Source: an uncultured bacterium
GTDB lineage: Bacteria; UBP7; UBA6624
Direction: 5' to 3'
Length of the DNA: 64,000 nucleotides
Assembly (NCBI GenBank): GCA_964012435.1
Contig: CAXGSM010000001.1
Coordinates: 64,001 to 128,000, forward strand
Shown one piece after another: positions 9,558 to 16,818 of the stretch. The position numbers and the translations under genes were made by a program. The notes below the pieces were generated by a model. The model had not been told where the DNA came from. It was given only the letters and a program-made list of their open reading frames with translations, and ran no database searches. Position 1 is the first letter of the stretch; every line of letters begins with the position of its first letter.

Positions 9558-10547
9558 ATGGATAGAGATTTCTGGTCATGGTTTATGACTTGCCTGTTTG
9601 GCTCTTTTGTTTTAACATGTTTCGCTGTTGTTCTAACAGACAAGCCTTTGGTTAGGTCCGACATCTTCCCTAAAAAGTCAACCCAATCTTTCGATATTAA
9701 TGAAGATTTTGCGACAAGTGCTTATCTTCCGCAGAGCCAATCTTATGTTTTATTGGGTGATGTGAACCTTTCGGAACCTTATGGTTTTTATAGGGATTCT
9801 GATTATCTTGTTGTTGCTGATCCACATAGATCTTCAGGCAAGGGTTATGTGCGTTTTTACGATATTCAAACAAAGCAAGAAAATGAAGAAATGAGACATA
9901 CGGCAAAGTTCCCTGCACAAATTCTCGATTTTGGAAAAAAGCAAATTCTTATAGATAATGGTTCAGGCGGATCGATCAAGGTGATTCAGGGTGCTGTTAC
10001 ATTATCTACATATGACGGCGTAAATGACCCAAAGGATGGTTTTTTTGATTTTGAAAATAATTTAATTTATATTGCAGATCGTGGTAACAAAAGAATCTTG
10101 GTTCTTGATACAAATTTAGATGTTGTTTCTGAATGGGCTCCTTCAGGTGTCAGTTTTGAACCAAATGGTTTAACTATGGGTGAGAATGGGATGCTTTATG
10201 TGACAGACAAGATTGCCAAGAAGGTATGGATTTTGAACAAAGGTAAAATTGTTGACTCTTTTGTTCCCGACAGCCCAGAAAGATTTCTTTATCCTGGAGG
10301 TATAGTTACTGACCCCTGGGGCAGGGTTTATGTTTCTGATTATAGTGCCGACAAGATTTATGTATTTGATGCCGAGGGTGTTTATCTAGATTTGATAGAT
10401 AAGGATTTAATCGATGACCCCTCTTTCAAAAAGCCTAGAAATTTATTTTTTGACAAAAGCAGTGGACGGCTTTTAGTGTCTGCTGGCGATAGGTTAACAA
10501 ATGCAGGGAGAATATGGAGTGTACCTGTTCCTCTATTAGAAAAATGA
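9558..10547 (+). CDS. Membrane-anchored NHL-repeat beta-propeller protein
   Basis: N-terminal hydrophobic segment; repeated P.G+..D..G.+YV.D....+.+ units. Confidence 0.8.
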   Translation: MDRDFWSWFMTCLFGSFVLTCFAVVLTDKPLVRSDIFPKKSTQSFDINEDFATSAYLPQSQSYVLLGDVNLSEPYGFYRDSDYLVVADPHRSSGKGYVRFYDIQTKQENEEMRHTAKFPAQILDFGKKQILIDNGSGGSIKVIQGAVTLSTYDGVNDPKDGFFDFENNLIYIADRGNKRILVLDTNLDVVSEWAPSGVSFEPNGLTMGENGMLYVTDKIAKKVWILNKGKIVDSFVPDSPERFLYPGGIVTDPWGRVYVSDYSADKIYVFDAEGVYLDLIDKDLIDDPSFKKPRNLFFDKSSGRLLVSAGDRLTNAGRIWSVPVPLLEK

Positions 10548-10672
10548 AAAATTCTGAAAAAGTAAAAGGCAAGAGCTTGAGCTTAGTTAGCGCTTTGCTT
10601 CTTTTGTTTGCAATTTGGCTTGGTGTTAAACTTGCATTGGCGTTCATGCTTTGGGTAACTGTGGTTAATTAA
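10544..10672 (+). CDS. Small single-pass membrane protein, 42 aa (MKNSEKVKGKSLSLVSALLLLFAIWLGVKLALAFMLWVTVVN); not in the ORF track
   Basis: Fills the gap exactly, with an ATGA overlap at the NHL stop and a TAATG overlap at the LarA-like start. Basic N-terminus followed by a hydrophobic helix. Confidence 0.7.
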   Translation: MKNSEKVKGKSLSLVSALLLLFAIWLGVKLALAFMLWVTVVN

Positions 10673-11916
10673 TGGTATCTAGATTTTACGGTAAGCAATC
10701 AGTTGATTTTAAATGGCCTCGTGGCTGGAATGTTGAAACAATGCTACCCCAAGAAAGACCTTTTGTTTTAGATGAGTTTGACATTCTTGAGGATGCTCTC
10801 GAGCAGCCTGTTGGAACCAGGACTATTGACAAAGTGGTTAACAAAAAAGACAAAATATTAATCATTGTCCCAGATTCAAATAGGGAATTCAGGTATGAGC
10901 TTGTTTTGAATTCTGTCATCCGGAAAATATCAAAAATAAATAAGGATATTGTTTTCATGATCGTTGGAACCGATATGAATGAACTTTACATAGATGATCA
11001 ATACATGAAGTTTCTTAAAGGCCTGGAAGGTGTCAAAAAGGTTATGCAGTATTCTTCTGAAGACAAGTTTGACTCTAGCGGAAAGACAAAGGCGGGAACT
11101 CGCATAAAGACAAACAAGTATTTAAATGCTTTTACGAAGATAATCACAATTGACCAGATAAACTTTCATGATTTAGTTGGTTATTCTGGAGGGCCTGAAA
11201 CACTGATAAACACATGCAGCACAGAAACGATCACAAAAAACAGGTCTCTTGTTTTCAATAAGGACAAAACTAGAAACCCGAGATGTTCAGCCGCAAGGCT
11301 AAAGGGAAACAGGATATATGAAGACCTTATAGAGATATCAGCAAACCTAAAGCCACATTTCAATATAAATGTATTGCTTGATGAAAACAAAAAGATTGCA
11401 AGGGTTTTTTGTGGTGACTTTAGTTATTGTCATATGGATGGTTCAAAAGTTGTAATGGGCTTCTACAGAGCCCTTGTTCCAAGGCGCAAAGTTTTAATAG
11501 CAAGTGCAGGCGGAGCTCCTTTTGACAATACTTTATCAGAAGCATTGAAAGGTATTTTATTTTGGTATAAAACGGTTAGCCCAAGAGGTGCGTTGTTTTA
11601 TTCTGCTGAATGTTCGTTAGGTTTCGGCAATAAAGAGATGTTTAAATGGGCAGCTTATCCTGCTGAGGTTTTAAGACAAAAGATAATTGATGACTTCAGC
11701 CCTGCTGCTTACAATGTTTTGAGGCTAAAAGAAGCCCAAAGGCATTGTGATATATTCATTAACTCTTCACTTCCGAATGATGAGCTGGAGTTTCTTGGCT
11801 TCAAGCCGGTATCCAATTTTGCCGAGGGTTTGCTTAAGTTAAGAAAGCATTCTGAAGGCTTGCCTGAGCTTGCATGGATTCCAAACGCTTGTCAGGTTTT
11901 AGGTATTCCGGGATGA
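10672..11916 (+). CDS. LarA (nickel-pincer lactate racemase) superfamily protein with atypical active site
   Basis: ALE.PVG, IIVPD..R, G.T..GT....N, H...GYSGG, GN....D, S.GG.P.D..L...KG and AEC..G.G match the LarA layout. Confidence 0.8.
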   Translation: MVSRFYGKQSVDFKWPRGWNVETMLPQERPFVLDEFDILEDALEQPVGTRTIDKVVNKKDKILIIVPDSNREFRYELVLNSVIRKISKINKDIVFMIVGTDMNELYIDDQYMKFLKGLEGVKKVMQYSSEDKFDSSGKTKAGTRIKTNKYLNAFTKIITIDQINFHDLVGYSGGPETLINTCSTETITKNRSLVFNKDKTRNPRCSAARLKGNRIYEDLIEISANLKPHFNINVLLDENKKIARVFCGDFSYCHMDGSKVVMGFYRALVPRRKVLIASAGGAPFDNTLSEALKGILFWYKTVSPRGALFYSAECSLGFGNKEMFKWAAYPAEVLRQKIIDDFSPAAYNVLRLKEAQRHCDIFINSSLPNDELEFLGFKPVSNFAEGLLKLRKHSEGLPELAWIPNACQVLGIPG

Positions 11917-12371
11917 AGGTTTTCTCAACAAATAAGAAAGCACATTACCTATATGAAATTTCAGAAAAGTTTGAAGCCGGAATGTCTCTTGAAGGTTGGG
12001 AAGTCCGCTCCATAAGAGAGGGTAGGCTAAACCTAAACCAAGCTCATGCAAAAATCAAAGATGGAGAATTGTGGATCATAGGATCCCATATAGCTCCACT
12101 TCCCCAATCTTCTGAGAGCCAGGATTCAACAAGAGACAGGAAGCTTTTACTCAAGAAAAAGCAGATACTTGACATTGACAGGAAGATAGAACCTAAGGGT
12201 GTGACCGTTGTTCCGCTCAAAGCTTATCAGTCTCGAGGTAGAATAAAGATAGAGATCGCCATTGGGAAAGGAAGGACCAAGGCTGACAAAAGGTCAAGGA
12301 TTCTTGAAGAACTTGACAGGAGAGATGCAAAAGAGTCAGTCAAGCGGGCCATGAGGGGAGGCGATTACTAA
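11913..12371 (+). CDS. smpB: SsrA-binding protein SmpB
   Basis: NKKA...Y.I....EAG..L.GWEV.SIR and R.RKLLL motifs; directly upstream of tmRNA. ATG 11913 overlaps the upstream TGA. Confidence 0.96.
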   Translation: MKVFSTNKKAHYLYEISEKFEAGMSLEGWEVRSIREGRLNLNQAHAKIKDGELWIIGSHIAPLPQSSESQDSTRDRKLLLKKKQILDIDRKIEPKGVTVVPLKAYQSRGRIKIEIAIGKGRTKADKRSRILEELDRRDAKESVKRAMRGGDY

Positions 12372-12382
12372 GACATAGATTT

Positions 12383-12711
12383 GGGGGCGACTGGCTTCGA
12401 CGGAAGTTGGAACAGTCGGGTTGCAAGCAGGTTTGTCATATCCCTTGATTATGACAAAAAAAGTAAACGGCAAAAACGCTTACGCATTTGCTTAATTTAA
12501 TTTAAGCAAGCTCCTCCTTTCAAGTCCATGTGAGAAAGGGTAGGGGCTCAGAAATCATGGAACGGCTCCCGGACCGTTATTCGGGGTTTTTGCTTTGAGG
12601 CCTGCCGTTTGATTGTTTAGGGTAGGCTGAGCATTTAAAACAATCTAAGCTTGTAGATACTCGTCTCAATAAGACAACCGGACCCGGGTTCAATTCCCGG
12701 CGCCTCCACCA
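12383..12711 (+). ncRNA. ssrA: tmRNA (one-piece); predicted tag (A)GKNAYAFA at 12469-12495
   Basis: 5' GGGGGCGA.TGGCTTCGAC pairs with 3' CGCCTCCACCA, giving a G3:U alanine identity pair. T-arm CCGGGTTCAATTCCCGG. The tag stop lies in a hairpin. Follows smpB. Confidence 0.96.
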
Positions 12712-12740
12712 AGCCTGCCAGTTGGTTAGAATCATCATTG

Positions 12741-13205
12741 ATGAAAAAAAGGCAGATCAATTCGTTCCTTGTGATCATGGTGTCGATTGCAGTTGCTGTC
12801 TTTGTCACACAGATACTTGAATCATTGGGTCATTTTGCATTCTCAAGGGATCTCATAGAGGAAATCAGTGCGTTTGAAGATCCTGACGAGATGAAAGAGG
12901 CTTATGTGTCAATGGTTGAAAAGATGTCCTTTCCGGCAAAGCTTTCGGTTTTGATTTCGTGGTTTCTCGGAGCCATGAGCGGAGGTTTCGTTTCAAGCCT
13001 CATGTCCTCAACAAACAAGGTGTTCCATGCAAAGATGATTGGCTACATATACCTTTTCTTCACGATATTGACACTCTTGAACATTCCGCATCCATGGTGG
13101 ATGTGGCTTTCCGTCTTTCTCATAATCCCGGCTTCCTTTATAGGGAGCAGCTTCATTCCCGCCAAGGCAAAAGATTCTGATGAACCTGAAATCATAGAGC
13201 CTTAG
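12741..13205 (+). CDS. Hypothetical multi-pass (about 4 TM) membrane protein
   Basis: Hydrophobic helices and a PHPWW motif; TAGAAT lies 8 nt upstream of ATG 12741. Confidence 0.75.
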   Translation: MKKRQINSFLVIMVSIAVAVFVTQILESLGHFAFSRDLIEEISAFEDPDEMKEAYVSMVEKMSFPAKLSVLISWFLGAMSGGFVSSLMSSTNKVFHAKMIGYIYLFFTILTLLNIPHPWWMWLSVFLIIPASFIGSSFIPAKAKDSDEPEIIEP

Positions 13206-13249
13206 AAACTTTCAGGCACCTTTACAGGTAAATCTATTTAGGTGTAGCC

Positions 13250-13516
13250 ATGATTACTGATCCTTTTGTCATCCTTTTCGTGCTGGGGCTTCCGCTTTTC
13301 TTCCTGGCTTTCCTGATAAGGGACTGGAATAAAGGCAAGCGAAATCTTGCATTTCTCATATTCTTCTTGCCTTACCTGTATTTCATATGGAACGGATTTG
13401 TTTCGGATGCCTGGGACTATATCGAGGTTGCAAGCTCTGTCGCTTCGGTTGCAGGGATCATCTACATGATAAAGAGGGCGGAATCCACTGATCTCAAACC
13501 TAGAATAAAGGACTGA
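13250..13516 (+). CDS. Hypothetical small membrane protein (about 3 TM)
   Basis: Hydrophobic 88-aa ORF with an SD-like AGGTG upstream. Confidence 0.7.
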   Translation: MITDPFVILFVLGLPLFFLAFLIRDWNKGKRNLAFLIFFLPYLYFIWNGFVSDAWDYIEVASSVASVAGIIYMIKRAESTDLKPRIKD

Positions 13517-13571
13517 AGGTCAATGTTAATAGGTGCACTTAGAGTAAGGAAAAAGAATTAAAGGAGGGTAG

Positions 13572-13979
13572 ATGTTCTTTTTTGATGCGATTTTGTTCTT
13601 CATCTTTCTTTGTTTTTATTCTTACCCTGTGAAGGCATGGTTCATTTTTGTCAAAGATTGGAAAGGCGGAAAGATCCCTGTTTATTGGCGTTATCTGTGG
13701 TTTGTTTTTCAATTGCCCGCTCCATATTTTATTATTATTCTTTTTATCGGAGGAAGAGATGTTGTTTATGACGCACCGTTTGAACTTTACGCAATTATGT
13801 TTGCCTTTTTTGGGGCATGCCTATACAGGGATCACCACCCTTTTCCATTTTTGTTAGGTAGGAAACGTTTTGTGCCAAAGAAAGATCTTGAAGCCGAAAT
13901 TAAAGAAAAAACAGATAATGCTAAACGGAGAAAGCGAAAGCATAAGAGCTTTAAATTGACAGAAGATCTTGACGACTAA
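13572..13979 (+). CDS. Hypothetical membrane protein with charged C-terminal tail
   Basis: Strong SD (AAGGAGG) upstream; aromatic-rich TM segments. Confidence 0.75.
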   Translation: MFFFDAILFFIFLCFYSYPVKAWFIFVKDWKGGKIPVYWRYLWFVFQLPAPYFIIILFIGGRDVVYDAPFELYAIMFAFFGACLYRDHHPFPFLLGRKRFVPKKDLEAEIKEKTDNAKRRKRKHKSFKLTEDLDD

Positions 13980-14009
13980 GAGTTAGGGCTAGATGTTATA
14001 GTATTCAGG

Positions 14010-14507
14010 ATGAATAAAATATTTTTTGCATTGTTCCTGACATTGCTGTACTGGGTGTTCAAGAGTTGGATATTCTTGATGTGGCCCATGATTCCCCTGT
14101 ACCTTTCTGTGTTTATTGCTCTCTTCTGGAAAGATCTGAAAAAAGACTGGATTGCATTCCTGAAGAGGCCAGCATTTTCACTGCCTCTCACGCTCTATCT
14201 TTTTGCAAGGCTTCATGGAGGTCTCGTTGGAGAGGTTGGTTCAGCTTTTGAGTCACTTTGGTTTGTATTTGCGCCACTCTGGTTTTACATTGTTCTTGAA
14301 GACGTGAAGTCCCGTCCTGAGAAAACTGAACCAGGAAAGGTCAACCCTGTTGCGAATGGTTTCAAATGGGCGCTTTTCGCTTTCATTGTCACTTTCGGTG
14401 CTCTTTTTGGGGCTCCAAATGGAAATGCAGTTGCAGTATTGGCAATGATATGGATAGGGTTCGGATTGATCGGTTATGCAAGGGCTGGAGGCTTTAAGAG
14501 GAAATAA
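14010..14507 (+). CDS. Hypothetical multi-pass membrane protein
   Basis: Hydrophobic 165-aa ORF; extended -10 TGTTATAGT lies 7 nt upstream of the ATG. Confidence 0.75.
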   Translation: MNKIFFALFLTLLYWVFKSWIFLMWPMIPLYLSVFIALFWKDLKKDWIAFLKRPAFSLPLTLYLFARLHGGLVGEVGSAFESLWFVFAPLWFYIVLEDVKSRPEKTEPGKVNPVANGFKWALFAFIVTFGALFGAPNGNAVAVLAMIWIGFGLIGYARAGGFKRK

Positions 14508-14516
14508 AATAGCACT

Positions 14517-15233
14517 ATGAGAATTGATGGACGAAAATTTGATGAGCTTAGGCCAATTGAGATCATTCCAAACTGGACAGAGAACCCTGATGGTTCTGTT
14601 TTGATAAAGTGGGGCAGGACATGGGTTTTGTGTACGGCCTCAGTTGAATACAGGTCTCCAATGTGGCAAAAGGAAAAGGACGAAGGGTGGGTTACCGGTG
14701 ATTACGGAATGCTCCCAGGTTCTACTGACACAAGGAAGAGAAGGCCTGGCCTGAAGCCAGACAGCAGAGGCACTGAGATAAAAAGGCTTATAGGAAGAAG
14801 CTTGAGAGGCGCATGTGACCTTTCTGCGATACCTGGATGGACCATATCTGTTGATTGTGACGTGTTGCAGGCAGACGGAGGAACGCGTGTTGCATCAATT
14901 ACAGGTGGAATGATAGCTTTAAGCATTGCAGCTGAATCAATGGTTAAAAAAGGCCTTCTGGCCTCTGTCAGCAAACTCATAACAGAGCCAGTGATAGCGA
15001 TTTCATTAGGAATAGTTGGTGAAGACGCTGTTCTTGATCTTAACTACAAAGAAGACTCAACCGCTGAGGTTGATTTGAACCTTGTAGGGACATTGAATGG
15101 AAAATGCATTGAGGTTCAAGGCACATCAGAGGGAAGGGCGATGGAGAAAGAAGATCTTGACAACCTTTTGGATTTAGGCTTCAAAGGTCTTTCCAAGGTT
15201 TCTGAAATAGTAAAGCCCTTTATTAACGTTTGA
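14517..15233 (+). CDS. rph: Ribonuclease PH
   Basis: MR.DGR...LRPI, YGMLPGST..R..R, EIKRLIGRSLR, DCDVLQADGGTR.ASITG and EVQGT.E motifs. Confidence 0.97.
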   Translation: MRIDGRKFDELRPIEIIPNWTENPDGSVLIKWGRTWVLCTASVEYRSPMWQKEKDEGWVTGDYGMLPGSTDTRKRRPGLKPDSRGTEIKRLIGRSLRGACDLSAIPGWTISVDCDVLQADGGTRVASITGGMIALSIAAESMVKKGLLASVSKLITEPVIAISLGIVGEDAVLDLNYKEDSTAEVDLNLVGTLNGKCIEVQGTSEGRAMEKEDLDNLLDLGFKGLSKVSEIVKPFINV

Positions 15234-15242
15234 TAGCGATTT

Positions 15243-15467
15243 ATGCTCTATAACCTATTCTTTGTGCTGACATGCCTATGCATCGCTTACCTATCAGGAG
15301 CTAGAAGCGGAATGATATTCCTTTGGTTCATCCCTCTCCTTTTGATTAAGTTTGTCAATCTTTCGACCTATTCGTTAGCCGGCATCTTTCTGATCCTCTT
15401 TGTTGTTTGCGTCAGGATAATGCAAAAAGGCACCTATGGTGACACTTGGGGCGAAAAGGATGTTTAA
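15243..15467 (+). CDS. Hypothetical small membrane protein
   Basis: Hydrophobic 74-aa ORF co-oriented just after rph. Confidence 0.6.
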   Translation: MLYNLFFVLTCLCIAYLSGARSGMIFLWFIPLLLIKFVNLSTYSLAGIFLILFVVCVRIMQKGTYGDTWGEKDV

Positions 15468-15497
15468 CGAGTGGGGCACTTTTAACTCTATATAGGT

Positions 15498-15525
15498 ATT
15501 TCCGATAATCAAGATTATGTTACAT
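15498..15525 (+). other. dif-like XerC/XerD recombination site
   Basis: Intergenic ATTTCCGATAA-TCAAGA-TTATGTTACAT has the 11-6-11 layout. The right arm differs by 1 nt from the E. coli XerD arm TTATGTTAAAT. Confidence 0.6.
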
Positions 15526-15527
15526 AG

Positions 15528-15559
15528 TTAAAAAAACAGAGGGAATCCTGTTTTTTTAA
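15528..15559. terminator. Inverted repeat, possible bidirectional intrinsic terminator
   Basis: TTAAAAAAACAG-AGGGAATC-CTGTTTTTTTAA. The stem is mostly A/T with only a short GC core. Confidence 0.5.
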
Positions 15560-15585
15560 GTCTTAAATCCTTTATCATTAGCACG

Positions 15586-15795
15586 ATGAAGAAGTTCCTT
15601 TTAGCTTTATGTGTGCCAATACTCGGCTTAGCTAGCTTTAATGGTTTAATTGCTATAGCATGCTCTTTCATTGCATCTAATCTTTTTGATAGTTTTTGGC
15701 TTGGAAAAGGCTTATGGGTACTACCTGCTTCTTTTTATTTGTTTTTTTATTACCTGATCTCTTTCGTAAAGTTCAAGAGGGAAAAAGCTGATTAG
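15586..15795 (+). CDS. Hypothetical small membrane protein (2 TM)
   Basis: Hydrophobic 69-aa ORF; TATCAT lies 7 nt upstream of the ATG. Confidence 0.6.
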   Translation: MKKFLLALCVPILGLASFNGLIAIACSFIASNLFDSFWLGKGLWVLPASFYLFFYYLISFVKFKREKAD

Positions 15796-16286
15796 AAGCC
15801 TGCATTTCTAAAGGTAAAGTTTTTTAGATCTTTTAAGAATTCCTTTGGTGTTTGTTTTTTTATGTCAGGAAATCCTCTGAATTTATGATTGTTGAAAGTC
15901 ACTATTCTTTTTATGTCATTGTTTTTAATAGTCCAATACAGATTAGCTTCCTCGACATCAGATGTATAGAACCTTTCTTCTTCCATTTTTTCAAGACCTT
16001 TGTCTAGGTGGTATGCTGACATATGAAATATACGCATGTTGCCAAATGATTCAAGTTCTTTTACTATGCTATTCATGAGGTTATGTTTGAATGGAGGGTA
16101 TATTATGGATGGATTTGAAAGTTTCGTAAACAGTTCACCTATATGGTAGCCTGATATTATTCCCTGTACATCACCATACTGGCACCTTTCTCCTTTAAGA
16201 GAGCTTAGAAGTTCTCTGCACTCATCTGTCTCCGGACATCTTATAAATGTCGCAACAAGTGGGCCTTTGTCAATCAAAAATCTCAT
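15792..16286 (-). CDS. PIN-domain (VapC-like) protein
   Basis: N-terminal FLID, mid GEL, D.EEA.L, IVTFN..F and C-terminal TP.EFL follow the PIN pattern; overlaps the upstream HTH gene. Confidence 0.6.
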   Translation of the reverse strand: MRFLIDKGPLVATFIRCPETDECRELLSSLKGERCQYGDVQGIISGYHIGELFTKLSNPSIIYPPFKHNLMNSIVKELESFGNMRIFHMSAYHLDKGLEKMEEERFYTSDVEEANLYWTIKNNDIKRIVTFNNHKFRGFPDIKKQTPKEFLKDLKNFTFRNAGF

Positions 16287-16581
16287 GTTTTAACCTTATT
16301 TCAACTGTTGCTATTGGTAAGTTCAGCAACCTGTGGTCTCCTTTTGTCATAGGGTCTGGAGATGACTCAACTTCATATTGAAGTACTGCAGAAGGCTTTG
16401 ATTTTGTTTCAGACATAAACTCCGTAATGCTTGATTTATGAAAATAAATTCTCTTTCCTCTCTTTATTCCAGACATCTGCCCTTCTCTATAGTACTTTCT
16501 TACTGTAAAGGGTTTAACTGAAAGTAGTTTTGCAACTTCTTCCACAGTTAAAAAATCGTTGTTTGATCCTTCCGATAACAT
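16270..16581 (-). CDS. Excisionase-family (HTH_17/MerR-like) DNA-binding protein, putative antitoxin
   Basis: FLTVEEVAKLLSV...TVRKY.REG...GIKRG...YF motif. Confidence 0.8.
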   Translation of the reverse strand: MLSEGSNNDFLTVEEVAKLLSVKPFTVRKYYREGQMSGIKRGKRIYFHKSSITEFMSETKSKPSAVLQYEVESSPDPMTKGDHRLLNLPIATVEIRLKHEIFD

Positions 16582-16818
16582 ATACGCATAAATATTAACA
16601 TAAAATAACCATTAAACAATATATAACAACATAAAAAATGCTTAAAATCAGTTAAAAAACAAACTGGAAAAAAGATATCTAGTTAATTTTCAGTTAAAAA
16701 AAAACAACTAAAAAAACTTTTTAAATCACCCTACTCATTCTTTTTTCAACGTTTTCAGTGATTTCCGATGCTGGGTTCATAAATGTTGTTTTTCGATTAT
16801 CTTTTTTAAAATGGGTGT

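Noticed and set aside
13206..15585. Integron attC sites between the small membrane genes
   Set aside because: Most spacers are only about 10-55 bp, I saw no shared RYYYAAC...GTTRRRY palindromes, and there is no intI.
16586..16620. Second dif-like site (TATTAACATAA resembles a reversed XerD arm)
   Set aside because: There is no matching XerC arm at 6-bp spacing, and the sequence is part of the AT-rich phased repeats.
12712..16800. Prophage or integrative element inserted at ssrA
   Set aside because: I saw no integrase or phage genes and no duplicated ssrA 3' end, and the core gene rph lies in the middle.
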